Positions 41,756 to 52,701 of a stretch of 64,000 nt of DNA are shown here, piece by piece. How positions within the stretch are numbered: position 1 is the stretch's first letter; every line of letters begins with the position of its first letter. This DNA is from a virus (Duplodnaviria > Heunggongvirae > Uroviricota > Caudoviricetes). The notes beneath the pieces are model-generated. The model made no database searches, was not told where the DNA came from, and saw nothing but the letters and a program-made list of their open reading frames with translations. The translations under genes and the position numbers were made by a program. The stretch spans positions 31,136 to 95,135 of the IMG/VR virus record IMGVR_UViG_2609460060_000003, one strand, 5' to 3'.

Positions 41756-42145
41756 ATGGGCTTCCCTTCTCCTGCGGCGGATTATGTTGAAAGCCGAATT
41801 TCTCTTGATCAGCAGATAATTAGACATCCTTCAGCGACCTACTTCATGCGGGCAGCTGATAGCCATCACCGTGAGGGAATATTGCAGGGTGCTTTGCTGG
41901 TGGTTGATTCCTCGCTTACTCCGGTTGATGGTTCTCTGCTTGTGTGCGCTATGGAGGGTGAATATCGCATAAAGAGATACAGGAAGTATCCGCGCCAGCA
42001 CCTGGAGGACTTAAGCACCGGGAAGAAAGAGGCGTTACCAGTAGATGACGATGGATACACGGGCAGTAATGCTGTTTTTGGTGTGATCACTCATGTCATC
42101 AATGATGCCCGAAGTGGGGAATTTGATGATTGTCCGGTTATTTAA
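41756..42145 (+). CDS. humD: UmuD'-like protein
   Basis: 129 aa, N-terminus MGFPSPAADYVE typical of UmuD' / LexA-type S24 fold. Confidence 0.8.
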   Translation: MGFPSPAADYVESRISLDQQIIRHPSATYFMRAADSHHREGILQGALLVVDSSLTPVDGSLLVCAMEGEYRIKRYRKYPRQHLEDLSTGKKEALPVDDDGYTGSNAVFGVITHVINDARSGEFDDCPVI

Positions 42146-42217
42146 GCTGCAAAGTGCTGGTGCTTTATGCCTGTGAAGTTTATAATTGTGTACACATAAC
42201 GAGTACACGAGGTGTTT

Positions 42218-42439
42218 ATGCAATCCATTAACTTCCGTACCGCGCGTGGCAACCTTTCTGAAGTGCTCAACAATGTTGAAGCCGGGGAAGAGGTTGAAAT
42301 CACCCGCAGAGGCCGTGAGCCAGCAGTAATTGTCAGCAAGGCTACTTTCGAAGCCTACAAAAAAGCGGCGCTGGATGCTGAATTTGCATCCCTGTTTGAC
42401 ACCCTGGACTCCACCAACAAGGAACTGGTTAACCGATAA
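42218..42439 (+). CDS. phd: Phd antitoxin
   Basis: 73 aa [39 protein letters not shown]... matches recalled P1 Phd. Confidence 0.95.
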   Translation: MQSINFRTARGNLSEVLNNVEAGEEVEITRRGREPAVIVSKATFEAYKKAALDAEFASLFDTLDSTNKELVNR

Positions 42440-42819
42440 TGAGACATATATCACCGGAAGAACTTGTTGCGCTTCATGATGCGAATATAAGCCGCTACGG
42501 CGGCCTGCCTGGCATGTCAGATCCGGGTAGGGCAGAGGCCATTATCGGGAGAGTTCAGGCCAGAGTTGCCTACGAAGAGATCACCGACCTTTTCGAAGTC
42601 TCCGCCACCTACCTGGTGGCTACAGCGAGAGGGCATATATTCAATGATGCCAATAAGCGTACCGCGCTAAACAGTGCGCTGCTATTTCTACGCCGTAACG
42701 GGGTGCAGGTATTTGATTCACCTGAACTGGCAGACCTTACTGTAGGCGCTGCGACTGGCGAGATATCTGTATCTTCTGTCGCCGACACGTTACGTAGATT
42801 GTATGGTTCTGCGGAGTAG
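42439..42819 (+). CDS. doc: Doc toxin (Fic-fold kinase)
   Basis: 126 aa, [22 protein letters not shown]...[11 protein letters not shown] matches recalled P1 Doc; ATG overlaps phd stop. Confidence 0.95.
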   Translation: MRHISPEELVALHDANISRYGGLPGMSDPGRAEAIIGRVQARVAYEEITDLFEVSATYLVATARGHIFNDANKRTALNSALLFLRRNGVQVFDSPELADLTVGAATGEISVSSVADTLRRLYGSAE

Positions 42820-43030
42820 ATTAATGGCACGCAAATACAACAAATTGTCCCGTGAATCGTTAAAGATGCTTCTTGATGGCGTGAGTCGCCGCAAGGTAAA
42901 GCAATACCTGGTTGGTAAGCAAATTGGAGTCAGGACCGCTATTGCTGTGTTATGCCGTCAGGAAATGGTTGTGCTTAAACAGAGAATGCCGGGCAGCAGA
43001 TAAAGCCCAATCAGTGATTAAAGGTGTGAT

Positions 43031-44074
43031 GTGAAAGCCGTAATTACTCCCTTTGTACAGAAAGAGCTTGGCCTCGCCACGTTCAAAGTGGATCAGGAGG
43101 TCAGAAAGCTGGTGGAGGCTGGCCGTAAATTTATTATGGAGCCGGTGCCGCGTGAGTTAATTGAGCACATGGAAGACGGCCTCGTTGTTACCGAGCAAAC
43201 CATGGCAACAAATGAGGCGTTGCAGCCGTTTTTTAACAGCGATGAACTGTTTCGCCGTATTGGTGGAATTGACGCGCTGGTGGCGTGGTTGCGTAGGAAA
43301 GAGGGTCAATGCCAGGCCGCAGATCGTAGTTGGTGTGACAACCATATTGTCCACGCTGAACGAGACAATAGCGCGGTGTTGTTGTGCTGGCATCACGATA
43401 ACCATTACCGGATGCGTGGTTTTAATGAGCTGAAAGAAACGCTGCACAATAATCGCGTTAACTGGATACTGGATGTCGCCCGTCAGGAAATGGGCCTTTC
43501 AAATAGCCATGATTTAAGTATTCAGGAGCTGTGCTGGTGGGCTTTCATGCGCAACATGATGCACCTGATGCCGGAAGAAGTCTGCCGCATATCAATAAAT
43601 AAGATGAAGGCTACTCCGCAGGATAGCGGACCTCTGAAAGAGGCGGATATTCGCCCGTATGACGATCGCGCTACAGCATATGTTCAGATGATGGAAGAAC
43701 GCGCCGCGCCGATGCGTGCAAAAGTATGCCCTGTGGATGTTGACTCCGACCCAGGTATGGCGCATTTCAAAATACCAAAACTTCAATCGCTAAAATTGCC
43801 CGAGTACGTGGACTTTGTGGCTTCCCGTCCATGCTGTGGCTGTGGAGCTGCGGGAGCTGGCGCTCACATTACGCCTTATATCGTTCGTCATAGTCGATTA
43901 TGCGCGCATGACATTTATGCTATTCCTCTGTGCCAGTCATGCCAGCGTGATATTGAGCGTGACCGCGATAATTGGGAGAAGACGCACGGTAGGCTGGCGA
44001 TGCATCAACGATTGTTCTTTGATTACGCGCTTGGAGTCGGCGCTATCACAAGTCACTCGTCGAGCGTTAGATAA
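43031..44074 (+). CDS. post-doc hypothetical protein with Cys/His clusters
   Basis: 347 aa; CWHHDNH and [12 protein letters not shown]...CQSC segments. Confidence 0.45.
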   Translation: MKAVITPFVQKELGLATFKVDQEVRKLVEAGRKFIMEPVPRELIEHMEDGLVVTEQTMATNEALQPFFNSDELFRRIGGIDALVAWLRRKEGQCQAADRSWCDNHIVHAERDNSAVLLCWHHDNHYRMRGFNELKETLHNNRVNWILDVARQEMGLSNSHDLSIQELCWWAFMRNMMHLMPEEVCRISINKMKATPQDSGPLKEADIRPYDDRATAYVQMMEERAAPMRAKVCPVDVDSDPGMAHFKIPKLQSLKLPEYVDFVASRPCCGCGAAGAGAHITPYIVRHSRLCAHDIYAIPLCQSCQRDIERDRDNWEKTHGRLAMHQRLFFDYALGVGAITSHSSSVR

Positions 44075-44075
44075 A

Positions 44076-44092
44076 ATTGCTCTAATGTATTG
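44076..44092 (+). promoter_or_regulatory. C1 operator-like site upstream of lpa
   Basis: ATTGCTCTAATGTATTG, 14/17 to consensus. Confidence 0.5.
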
Positions 44093-44162
44093 CTATTTAT
44101 TTAATCGAGGGTATTATATTCCACGTTGATTAGTTGACATGGGCTAATCAGTAGGTGACAGG

Positions 44163-44615
44163 ATGTTACTTAACTGGCAGGGACGCCACTTCATGGAAAT
44201 AAATCACTCACGAATAACATCGTACGAGATTGCGGATTACATGATCCGCACTAAATCTCTTCTATCAGCGAAAGAACTCGCAGCAATTCTTGAAAAGGAA
44301 TACCCGCATCTGGATGTCGATAAGCGCGATGTTTATCTGCGCTTAAAGGCTATCGCTGTGTCTAAGTATTCGTCTGTTTTGATTGATGACAGTACACGCC
44401 CACGTAGATTTCAGATCCACTCTCTGAATCCTGAATTCTTTCGCCGCAGCCGCGCTCCGCGCCGGTTTGATGAAAAACTCCAGAACGAACTCTATATGAC
44501 GCAGGACGAAAAGGAACGCCGGGAGCACCAGCCTTGGGTGATGGCGCGTCAACTTTTCAATAAGGTGGTCCGTCAGCACCGTCATTACGGTAATGCCACA
44601 TCCGCACGTATCTGA
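44163..44615 (+). CDS. lpa: late promoter activator-like protein
   Basis: 150-aa ORF between C1 operator and pacA, the position of P1 lpa. Confidence 0.5.
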   Translation: MLLNWQGRHFMEINHSRITSYEIADYMIRTKSLLSAKELAAILEKEYPHLDVDKRDVYLRLKAIAVSKYSSVLIDDSTRPRRFQIHSLNPEFFRRSRAPRRFDEKLQNELYMTQDEKERREHQPWVMARQLFNKVVRQHRHYGNATSARI

Positions 44616-44701
44616 TTGATTGCTTGCCCGTTCCGGGCCTTTTGACATGTGACTTTCGTTACCCTCGCGTCAAAAAGAGTTTTATACGAAAGGAAGCATA
44701 A

Positions 44702-45895
44702 GTGACCTGGGACGATCACAAGAAGAATTTTGCTCGCCTGGCGCGAGATGGTGGTTACACCATCGCACAATATGCCGCCGAGTTTAATCTCAACCCAAAC
44801 ACCGCACGTCGTTATCTCCGTGCATTCAAAGAAGACACCGGAACAGCGGACAGCCGTAAGCCAAATAAGCCTGTCAGAAAACCACTAAAAAGCATGATCA
44901 TTGATCACGCTAATGATCAACGTGCAGGTGATCACATTGTGGCTGAAATGGCTGAAAAACAAAGAGTTAATGCTGTTGTCAGTGCCGCAGTCGAGAACGC
45001 GAAGCGCCAGAATAAGCGCATAAATGATCGTTCTGATGATCATGACGTGATCACCCGCGCCCACCGGACCTTACGTGATCGCCTGGAACGCGACACCCTG
45101 GATGATGATGGTGAACGCTTTGAATTCGAAGCTGGCGATTACCTGATAGATAACGTTGAAGCGCGGAAGGCCGCGCGCGCTATGTTGCGTCGGTCCGGGG
45201 CTGATGTTCTGGAAACCACTCTTCTGGAAAAGTCTCTCTCTCATCTCCTTATGCTGGAGAACGCCAGGGATACGTGTATTCGCTTGGTTCAGGAAATGCG
45301 CGATCAGCAAAAAGACGATGATGAAGGAACTCCGCCTGAATACCGTATCGCGAGCATGCTAAACAGCTGTTCCGCGCAGATAAGCAGCCTGATCAACACC
45401 ATTTACAGCATCCGGAATAACTATCGAAAAGAAAGCCGGGAGGCGGAAAAGCACGCTTTGTCTATGGGGCAAGCTGGCATTGTTAAGCTGGCATACGAAC
45501 GAAAGCGTGAAAACAACTGGTCAGTGCTGGAGGCAGCTGAATTCATCGAGGCGCATGGAGGGAAAGTACCGCCCCTGATGCTGGAGCAAATCAAAGCCGA
45601 TCTGCGTGCTCCTAAGACCAATACCGATGATGAGGAAAGGCAAACAGCCGTCGGTGGCCCTTCTCTTGAAGATCTGGACAAAGTTGCGCGAGAACGGGCC
45701 GCCAACCGCCGCGCCGATGCCGCATTGTGGATTGAGCAGCGTAGGGAAGAAATCGCCGATATCGTTGATACAGGCGGTTATGGAGATGTTGATACTGAAG
45801 GTGTATCAAACGACCCATGGCTGGAACAAGACCTGGACGAAGACGAGGAGGAAGACGAAGAAGTTACCCGCAAGCTATACGGGGATGATGATTAA
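44702..45895 (+). CDS. pacA: PacA terminase subunit
   Basis: 397 aa (GTG start after AAGGAAG); contains the pac hexamer clusters; acidic C-terminus. Confidence 0.8.
   Translation: MTWDDHKKNFARLARDGGYTIAQYAAEFNLNPNTARRYLRAFKEDTGTADSRKPNKPVRKPLKSMIIDHANDQRAGDHIVAEMAEKQRVNAVVSAAVENAKRQNKRINDRSDDHDVITRAHRTLRDRLERDTLDDDGERFEFEAGDYLIDNVEARKAARAMLRRSGADVLETTLLEKSLSHLLMLENARDTCIRLVQEMRDQQKDDDEGTPPEYRIASMLNSCSAQISSLINTIYSIRNNYRKESREAEKHALSMGQAGIVKLAYERKRENNWSVLEAAEFIEAHGGKVPPLMLEQIKADLRAPKTNTDDEERQTAVGGPSLEDLDKVARERAANRRADAALWIEQRREEIADIVDTGGYGDVDTEGVSNDPWLEQDLDEDEEEDEEVTRKLYGDDD
44895..45053. other. pac: pac packaging site
   Basis: Four TGATCA at 44895-44934 and three TGATC(A/G) at 45025-45053 flanking a ~90-bp segment, inside pacA. 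Confidence 0.8.
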
Positions 45896-47379
45896 TGGCC
45901 AGAAGTTGCGTAACGGACCCACGTTGGCGCGAGCTGGTGGCGCTATATCGTTATGACTGGATTGCGGCCGCTGATGTGTTGTTTGGGAAGACACCAACCT
46001 GGCAGCAGGATGAGATCATTGAGTCCACGCAGCAGGACGGCAGTTGGACAAGTGTGACCTCCGGCCATGGTACTGGTAAATCGGATATGACGAGTATCAT
46101 TGCAATACTCTTCATCATGTTTTTCCCCGGCGCTCGCGTCATTCTGGTCGCTAACAAAAGACAGCAAGTCCTTGATGGTATTTTCAAATACATAAAGAGC
46201 AATTGGGCTACTGCTGTTAGCAGATTCCCGTGGTTGTCGAAGTATTTCATTCTTACAGAAACGTCTTTTTTTGAGGTGACTGGCAAGGGTGTTTGGACAA
46301 TATTGATAAAGTCCTGTCGCCCCGGAAATGAGGAGGCGTTGGCTGGTGAACACGCCGATCATCTCTTGTATATCATCGACGAAGCGTCGGGTGTGAGTGA
46401 TAAAGCATTCAGTGTGATAACAGGTGCGCTGACCGGTAAGGATAACCGTATTCTGCTTCTTTCCCAGCCTACGCGACCTTCAGGCTATTTCTACGATTCA
46501 CACCACAGACTAGCTATTCGCCCGGGAAATCCTGATGGATTGTTTACTGCGATAATACTGAATAGTGAAGAATCTCCGCTTGTAGATGCAAAATTTATAC
46601 GAGCAAAACTTGCGGAGTATGGCGGTCGTGATAACCCCATGTACATGATCAAAGTACGTGGTGAATTTCCCAAATCTCAAGATGGCTTTCTTCTTGGTCG
46701 TGATGAGGTTGAGCGGGCGACGCGGCGAAAGGTCAAGATTGCCAAAGGATGGGGCTGGGTTGCATGTGTTGACGTTGCTGGTGGCACAGGACGAGATAAG
46801 TCCGTTATTAATATCATGATGGTGTCCGGCCAGCGAAATAAACGCCGTGTAATCAACTATCGTATGCTGGAATACACAGACGTTACAGAAACGCAGCTTG
46901 CCGCCAAAATTTTCGCAGAATGTAATCCTGAGCGATTCCCAAATATCACCATAGCGATAGACGGCGATGGGCTGGGTAAAGCAACAGCGGATCTGATGTA
47001 CGAGTATTATGGTATTACCGTACAGCGTATACGCTGGGGTAAAAAGATGCATAGCCGTGAAGATAAGAGCCTGTACTTTGATAAACGTGCTTATGCCAAT
47101 GTTCAAGCCGCAGAGGCCGTAAAATCTGGTCGTATGAGACTGGATAAGGGTAATGAAACTATTGAGGAAGCGTCGAAAATCCCTGTAGGGATTAACTCCG
47201 CAGGTCAATGGAAGGTGATGAGTAAGGAGGATATGAAGAAAAAACTCAACCTGCACTCACCAGACCATTGGGATACATATTGTTTCGCTATGCTGGCGGA
47301 TTATGTTCCCCAGGATGAAGTGCTTAGCGTCGAAGACGAAGCGCAGGTTGATGAAGCTCTGGCATGGCTTAATGAATGA
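45895..47379 (+). CDS. pacB: PacB terminase subunit
   Basis: 494 aa, start overlapping pacA stop. Confidence 0.8.
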   Translation: MARSCVTDPRWRELVALYRYDWIAAADVLFGKTPTWQQDEIIESTQQDGSWTSVTSGHGTGKSDMTSIIAILFIMFFPGARVILVANKRQQVLDGIFKYIKSNWATAVSRFPWLSKYFILTETSFFEVTGKGVWTILIKSCRPGNEEALAGEHADHLLYIIDEASGVSDKAFSVITGALTGKDNRILLLSQPTRPSGYFYDSHHRLAIRPGNPDGLFTAIILNSEESPLVDAKFIRAKLAEYGGRDNPMYMIKVRGEFPKSQDGFLLGRDEVERATRRKVKIAKGWGWVACVDVAGGTGRDKSVINIMMVSGQRNKRRVINYRMLEYTDVTETQLAAKIFAECNPERFPNITIAIDGDGLGKATADLMYEYYGITVQRIRWGKKMHSREDKSLYFDKRAYANVQAAEAVKSGRMRLDKGNETIEEASKIPVGINSAGQWKVMSKEDMKKKLNLHSPDHWDTYCFAMLADYVPQDEVLSVEDEAQVDEALAWLNE

Positions 47380-47382
47380 ACA

Positions 47383-47399
47383 TTTGCTCTAATGAATTG
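47383..47399 (+). promoter_or_regulatory. C1 operator-like site
   Basis: TTTGCTCTAATGAATTG, 14/17; precedes the icd/ant leader. Confidence 0.5.
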
Positions 47400-47530
47400 T
47401 GTTTTTTAACTACCGATGTTACATTGAACCTGACCTCTTGCGCCTTGAGGCATTTTCGGTTTATGCTTATCAGGCACCTCATTAAAACGGGTGCCGGGAT
47501 TGGCCTCCCGCTTAAGTCTAAGGCGATACA

Positions 47531-47552
47531 GACGCCGCTCGCGTCTTTTTTT
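47531..47552 (+). terminator. hairpin with T-tract in icd/ant leader
   Basis: GACGC-CGCTC-GCGTC followed by TTTTTTT. Confidence 0.4.
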
Positions 47553-47717
47553 GTATCGGCGTACACGCACACCTCTACAATGGTGGGCTGTATGGGGCTA
47601 CCTTCGGGTAGGCTGGTTACCTTGGACGCCAGTAAGGCCAACTCCGTACAGTCCACCGCCAGCAAGATTGGTCTCTTCTGCGGTGGTTACATACCAACGT
47701 CTAAGGAGGCTGCCAAT

Positions 47718-47939
47718 ATGGCTACTATCCCTACCCCAACTCATCCTGAATTTATCTGGCGCTTTTACTCCTGCCAAAAACGTCACTATCACTTCGTTAT
47801 TGCACCAACAGAAGATGAGGCCCGCTCTCAGCTTCCTGACGCCCCATGTATTTTCTCTGCCCGTTTTTCCACTGATTCACGCAATTCTCTCAGTTACTGG
47901 TGCCTCCCTGTTAACGCTTCTGCTCAGGAGGGACTATGA
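47718..47939 (+). CDS. icd: Icd-like small protein
   Basis: ATG at 47718 after TAAGGAGG; 73 aa; stop overlaps ant start (ATGA). Confidence 0.5.
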   Translation: MATIPTPTHPEFIWRFYSCQKRHYHFVIAPTEDEARSQLPDAPCIFSARFSTDSRNSLSYWCLPVNASAQEGL

Positions 47940-49054
47940 GAACGTCATTAGTCACCCGTGAAGAAATGATTGAGGCAATTGAACAGCACACATCCTGTAT
48001 CAGTACCAGGGATATACCGGGCGTTATTGCCAACTACTTCATGATCACCAAACAACTTTACCGGAGAAAGGACAAGAACGCTGTTCACCGCATTCTGTTG
48101 TCTGATATCCGCGAATACCTGCTCGAACAGGGGCATCTGAATTACGCAACCGTCGCAGCCGAAACACGCAAGGAGGCACACAGAATGAAAGCAACTAACG
48201 TTAAATCAGAAAAAACTCATGCACCTTCAGTTCAGGAATCGGAGCTGGTGGTTGTTCAGAATCAGTCTGATGAAATTCCCGTTCTGGAATGGCAGGGAGC
48301 GCGTGTAGTGACAACCGAGACTCTTGCTAGAGGGTATGGGACAGAAACAATCCGTATTCGCCAAAATCATCATGAGAACAAAGTACGCTTTGTTGAAGGG
48401 AAGCACTTTTTCAAAGTTGAAGGAGAATCATTGCGCGAGTTGAAGCACAGAGTAGCTTTAAACTACTCTGTAAAAATTGCTCGCAATGTTCGCTCACTCA
48501 CCCTCTGGACAGAACGCGGCGCAGCCCGCCACGCTAAAATGCTCGAAACCGATCAGGCATGGGCATTCTTTGAAAAACTGGAAGACAGCTACTTCCGACA
48601 AAAAGAACAGCAACCGATCGCAATCCCCCAGACGCTTCCTGAAGCCCTACGCCTGGCTGCCGAACTGGCTGAACAAAAGCAGCTTCTGGAACAGAAAGCC
48701 CACCAGCTAAATCAGCAGCTGGTGGCCGCCGCTCCTAAAGTCGATTTTGCCGACCGGGTATCAGTAGCTAAAGGGATCCTGATTGGGAATTTTGCAAAGG
48801 TTGTTGGACTTAAGCAAAACGCGCTGTTTGCCTGGTTACGGGAGAACGGCATCCTGATAGCGTCCGGTGGACGTAAAAATGTGCCGTTCCAGCAGTACAT
48901 CAACGCGGGGTATTTCACGGTGAAAGAAGTGGTGCTGGATGATGAAGATGGCTACCAGATACGGTTGACGCCTCAATTAACGGGTAAAGGCCAGCAGTGG
49001 TTGACGCGTAAACTGCTCGATGCTGGCTTGTTAAAACCGGTGGCGGCTGAATAA
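47936..49054 (+). CDS. antirepressor (Ant-like, KilAC C-terminal domain)
   Basis: 372 aa; C-terminal ~150 aa paralogous to the kilA product at window start (shared PEALRLAAxLAEQKQ, NGILIA, LTGKGQQWL). Confidence 0.6.
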   Translation: MRTSLVTREEMIEAIEQHTSCISTRDIPGVIANYFMITKQLYRRKDKNAVHRILLSDIREYLLEQGHLNYATVAAETRKEAHRMKATNVKSEKTHAPSVQESELVVVQNQSDEIPVLEWQGARVVTTETLARGYGTETIRIRQNHHENKVRFVEGKHFFKVEGESLRELKHRVALNYSVKIARNVRSLTLWTERGAARHAKMLETDQAWAFFEKLEDSYFRQKEQQPIAIPQTLPEALRLAAELAEQKQLLEQKAHQLNQQLVAAAPKVDFADRVSVAKGILIGNFAKVVGLKQNALFAWLRENGILIASGGRKNVPFQQYINAGYFTVKEVVLDDEDGYQIRLTPQLTGKGQQWLTRKLLDAGLLKPVAAE

Positions 49055-49062
49055 TGGAAGAA

Positions 49063-49084
49063 TGCCCGGTTGATGCCGGGCATA
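49063..49084. terminator. bidirectional hairpin between convergent ant and c1
   Basis: ATGCCCGG-ttgatg-CCGGGCAT. Confidence 0.55.
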
Positions 49085-49086
49085 AT

Positions 49087-49938
49087 TTATTGCGCGCTTT
49101 CGGGGTTGTCGTTTACTGGCTGCCCCTTCTTGGTTTTACGGCTGCGCGTAACTGATGCGGCTGACTTAACCTTTTTCTCTTCGCGAGTGATGGCAATTTG
49201 TTTTTTTACATTTTCAATATCTGCCAGGCGATATATTTTTGCTTGCGGCCAGCGGTCGCAGATGATCGGTTCTATGGAGTCATAAAGGCTAAATTTTGCT
49301 TTTTCGAATTCACCGTTGATGATAATTCCATCACGGAGAGTTTCATCGCAGATAAACACGCCACACAGTGGCACATGGTAACTAACTGATTTACCATCAT
49401 TGTAGTTAGGGCTACTGGAAATGTAGTGGACGCGCAGCATTGTTTCGCTAAAGCCGTGTACGCGCATACGGAATTTTTCATCCTCCGGGTACTGCTTCAT
49501 TAGCTCTTTTGTTGCTTCCAGGTTCTCTATGTATTTCGCACTGTGCTCATTGATCCCCGCGCTTTTTTGGATGCGAATGTCCTTATCAATCAGATGAATA
49601 ATGCGGCCAGCGGTCATGTTGACGCTGTTCACAGCCTCTGTCTGATAAGTTGTAACCTTACGCACACCGCGAAGGATGTTAGGCACTGGATATAAAATAG
49701 TCTTTGGGATATTGAGGTCTGGGTACTGTTCCAGTTCCCGCGCCATTAAAGTCCATTTATCAATTTCAGCCTGAATACTGTCCGTTTCTTTGAACGGCAG
49801 AACGACAACCGGGCGAACAGGACGACCGTCGCTGGCGGCATCAACGTGTTGGGCGCGTGCAACAGCTTTTTTTAGAAAGAGATCCCTGAAGCTGACGAAC
49901 TCCTGGTACAGTTGTTCGCCGTAGACATAATTTATCAT
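49087..49938 (-). CDS. c1: C1 prophage repressor
   Basis: 283 aa, N-terminus MINYVYGEQLYQEFVSFRDLF matches recalled P1 C1; operator sites across the window. Confidence 0.9.
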   Translation of the reverse strand: MINYVYGEQLYQEFVSFRDLFLKKAVARAQHVDAASDGRPVRPVVVLPFKETDSIQAEIDKWTLMARELEQYPDLNIPKTILYPVPNILRGVRKVTTYQTEAVNSVNMTAGRIIHLIDKDIRIQKSAGINEHSAKYIENLEATKELMKQYPEDEKFRMRVHGFSETMLRVHYISSSPNYNDGKSVSYHVPLCGVFICDETLRDGIIINGEFEKAKFSLYDSIEPIICDRWPQAKIYRLADIENVKKQIAITREEKKVKSAASVTRSRKTKKGQPVNDNPESAQ

Positions 49939-50030
49939 TGATCCTCCTCCAGAATTGACATGGTCAATAACGCCCGGCTGAGAAAACCGGTCATTACTGA
50001 CCTATATTATAGAGGGATCAAACAAAAATA

Positions 50031-50047
50031 ATAGATTTATTAGTGCA
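50031..50047 (-). promoter_or_regulatory. C1 operator-like site upstream of c1
   Basis: Reverse-strand AATGCACTAATAAATCT, 14/17. Confidence 0.45.
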
Positions 50048-50048
50048 T

Positions 50049-50258
50049 TTATTGTGAGTCTAACTGGTTGGTTGCCATGAGATATTCGATTGTGTCAGTG
50101 AGGTCATCCAGGTCGTCTTGGGTGATGCGGTACTCCTGATTGGATATCTTTGAGTAGTGTTCAGCAATGGCGCGGGCAGCGTCGGTTTCGGCAGGGTCTA
50201 CAGATAAAGCGTTAGAGCAATGTCTAACGTCGTCGATGGTTGGTTGAATGAAAGCCAT
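50049..50258 (-). CDS. coi: C1 inactivator
   Basis: 69-aa ORF directly upstream of c1, same strand. Confidence 0.75.
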   Translation of the reverse strand: MAFIQPTIDDVRHCSNALSVDPAETDAARAIAEHYSKISNQEYRITQDDLDDLTDTIEYLMATNQLDSQ

Positions 50259-50496
50259 AATTATGCCTCACTGTATTGACAACACAGAGCCTGAAGCTCT
50301 GACCTACTGTTTCACCCATGATCCATGCTGGGGTAATCTAACAACATTGCGCTGTGTGTAAGATGAGCAATGCATAGCTGTAATGCCGTTGTATAAGGTT
50401 TCCCTGTTTGCTCATTTCCTTCTGAGCCGCTCTACAACGCTGAAGACACATTAAATAGTGAATCCAAAGTCGTATTACGTAACGACGGCAAAACTA

Positions 50497-50596
50497 TAAT
50501 TTATTAGAGCAATTGTCAAACAACTATGAAAAACAATCCAGTTTTTAGCTGGTGGAGTGGGATTTTTCTCTCTCAATTTATTGCTCTAATAATTAT
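50497..50596. promoter_or_regulatory. C1 operator cluster upstream of coi-c1
   Basis: Reverse-strand ATTGCTCTAATAAATTA at 50497-50513 (16/17) and ATTGCTCTAATAATTAT at 50580-50596 (15/17). Confidence 0.6.
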
Positions 50597-50639
50597 TGAT
50601 TTTTGTGCACAGCTGGACGTAAACTCCTCTTCGGACCTG

Positions 50640-50673
50640 ATAACTTCGTATAGCATACATTATACGAAGTTAT
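50640..50673. other. loxP: loxP recombination site
   Basis: Exact 34-bp ATAACTTCGTATA-GCATACAT-TATACGAAGTTAT. Confidence 0.97.
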
Positions 50674-50862
50674 CTTAAGGGTTATTGAACATGATCAATT
50701 TACCTGTAAATCCATACAGTTCAATACCTTATCAGGTCAAATAGTGATCACTTGATCATTTGATCAAGGTTGCGCTACGTAAAATCTGCGAAATGTTGGC
50801 AGTGTTAGTGCTCCAGATTTCGCGTAGCGCACTTAGCACCACCAATCAATCAGAGGTGAAAA

Positions 50863-51084
50863 ATGGGATATTCAGCTGCTAAAGTGTCCACTCATATTGA
50901 GCTTGAGAAAAACCGTGGTTACTGGCGGGCAAAAGGGTTTGATCGTGATAGTTGTCAACTGTCATTATCGCGCGGTGAAGAGAAAATAGAACGCACGCGT
51001 GGTCGCTGGCGTTTCTATGACGAGAACCATAAACAGGTAAAGGCAGAGCCGATCCTGTACACTTTACTTAAAACCATTATCTGA
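50863..51084 (+). CDS. small ORF between loxP and cre
   Basis: 73-codon ORF; region also carries cre promoters, so coding status uncertain. Confidence 0.3.
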   Translation: MGYSAAKVSTHIELEKNRGYWRAKGFDRDSCQLSLSRGEEKIERTRGRWRFYDENHKQVKAEPILYTLLKTII

Positions 51085-51091
51085 GTGTTAA

Positions 51092-52123
51092 ATGTCCAAT
51101 TTACTGACCGTACACCAAAATTTGCCTGCATTACCGGTCGATGCAACGAGTGATGAGGTTCGCAAGAACCTGATGGACATGTTCAGGGATCGCCAGGCGT
51201 TTTCTGAGCATACCTGGAAAATGCTTCTGTCCGTTTGCCGGTCGTGGGCGGCATGGTGTAAGTTGAATAACCGGAAATGGTTTCCCGCAGAACCTGAAGA
51301 TGTTCGCGATTATCTTCTATATCTTCAGGCGCGCGGTCTGGCAGTAAAAACTATCCAGCAACATTTGGGCCAGCTAAACATGCTTCATCGTCGGTCCGGG
51401 CTGCCACGACCAAGTGACAGCAATGCTGTTTCACTGGTCATGCGACGGATCCGAAAAGAAAACGTTGATGCCGGTGAGCGTGCAAAACAGGCGCTGGCGT
51501 TCGAACGCACTGATTTCGACCTGGTTCGTTCACTCATGGAAAATAGTGAGCGCTGCCAGGATATACGTAATCTGGCATTTCTGGGGATTGCTTATAACAC
51601 CCTGTTACGTATAGCCGAAATTGCCAGGATCAGGGTTAAAGATATCTCACGTACTGACGGTGGGAGAATGTTAATCCATATTGGCAGAACGAAAACGCTG
51701 GTTAGCACCGCAGGTGTAGAGAAGGCACTTAGCCTGGGGGTAACTAAACTGGTCGAGCGATGGATTTCCGTCTCTGGTGTAGCTGATGATCCGAATAACT
51801 ACCTGTTTTGCCGGGTCAGAAAAAATGGTGTTGCCGCGCCATCTGCCACCAGCCAGCTATCAACTCGCGCCCTGGAAGGGATTTTTGAAGCAACTCATCG
51901 ATTGATTTACGGCGCTAAGGATGACTCTGGTCAGAGATACCTGGCCTGGTCTGGACACAGTGCCCGTGTCGGAGCCGCGCGAGATATGGCCCGCGCTGGA
52001 GTTTCAATACCGGAGATCATGCAAGCTGGTGGCTGGACCAATGTAAATATTGTCATGAACTATATCCGTAACCTGGATAGTGAAACAGGGGCAATGGTGC
52101 GCCTGCTGGAAGATGGCGATTAG
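51092..52123 (+). CDS. cre: Cre tyrosine recombinase
   Basis: 343 aa, MSNLLTVHQNLPALPVDATSDEVRKNLMDMF... matches recalled P1 Cre; loxP 419 bp upstream. Confidence 0.97.
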   Translation: MSNLLTVHQNLPALPVDATSDEVRKNLMDMFRDRQAFSEHTWKMLLSVCRSWAAWCKLNNRKWFPAEPEDVRDYLLYLQARGLAVKTIQQHLGQLNMLHRRSGLPRPSDSNAVSLVMRRIRKENVDAGERAKQALAFERTDFDLVRSLMENSERCQDIRNLAFLGIAYNTLLRIAEIARIRVKDISRTDGGRMLIHIGRTKTLVSTAGVEKALSLGVTKLVERWISVSGVADDPNNYLFCRVRKNGVAAPSATSQLSTRALEGIFEATHRLIYGAKDDSGQRYLAWSGHSARVGAARDMARAGVSIPEIMQAGGWTNVNIVMNYIRNLDSETGAMVRLLEDGD

Positions 52124-52140
52124 CCATTAACGCGTAAATG

Positions 52141-52157
52141 ATTGCTCTAATTCTTTG
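52141..52157 (+). promoter_or_regulatory. C1 operator-like site
   Basis: ATTGCTCTAATTCTTTG, 13/17. Confidence 0.4.
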
Positions 52158-52173
52158 ATATTTATGGTGACAT

Positions 52174-52485
52174 ATGAGGAAGGATTTCAACATCGACGGA
52201 AAATATGTAGTGCTGTCTGTAAGCACCAATATTCAGTCGCCAGCCGTCATTGTCACTGTAAAGCTGAACGATAGAATGCCTGATATTGACTCAATATCCG
52301 TTGCGTTTCCTGTCAAAAGTATGCGTAGTGCTGAACATTTCGTGATGAATGCCACCGAGGAAGAAGCACGGCGCGGTTTTGCTAAAGTGATGTCTGAGTT
52401 TGGCGAACTCTTGGGTAAGGTTAACAATGTCCTTTCAATCAGTTCAGCAAGGTCCAAAGCGTTAACAGCTTCCATGATGAAATAA
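52174..52485 (+). CDS. hypothetical protein downstream of cre
   Basis: 103-aa ORF; ATG after AGGAAGG. Confidence 0.4.
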   Translation: MRKDFNIDGKYVVLSVSTNIQSPAVIVTVKLNDRMPDIDSISVAFPVKSMRSAEHFVMNATEEEARRGFAKVMSEFGELLGKVNNVLSISSARSKALTASMMK

Positions 52486-52617
52486 AAAAAAGCCTGGCAA
52501 GGAGCCAGGCTGCACAAAAGAGCGGGGTTGTATTCCGCATCCAATCAATCAAGAAGGAGTATAGCACACAGGTACTGAAGTGAAAAAATGTGATTCGCGA
52601 TAAACAAAATATCTACC

Positions 52618-52634
52618 ATTGCTCTAATTGATTG
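52618..52634 (+). promoter_or_regulatory. C1 operator-like site upstream of ref
   Basis: ATTGCTCTAATTGATTG, 14/17. Confidence 0.5.
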
Positions 52635-52701
52635 TTATAATTGAGCCGCAGTTTTTGTCAACTACGAAGACGTTGCCATTACTTCACTCCTTGACATCAT
52701 T

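Noticed and set aside
46510-47256. 248-aa minus-strand ORF inside pacB
   Set aside because: Antisense to pacB, which is translationally coupled to pacA; its low-complexity product suggests a frame artefact.
47376-47939. 187-aa ORF spanning the whole icd leader
   Set aside because: The only convincing translation signal is the TAAGGAGG-ATG at 47718. The upstream part contains a hairpin with T-tract and antisense-pairing elements and is better explained as regulatory RNA plus a 73-aa icd-like ORF.
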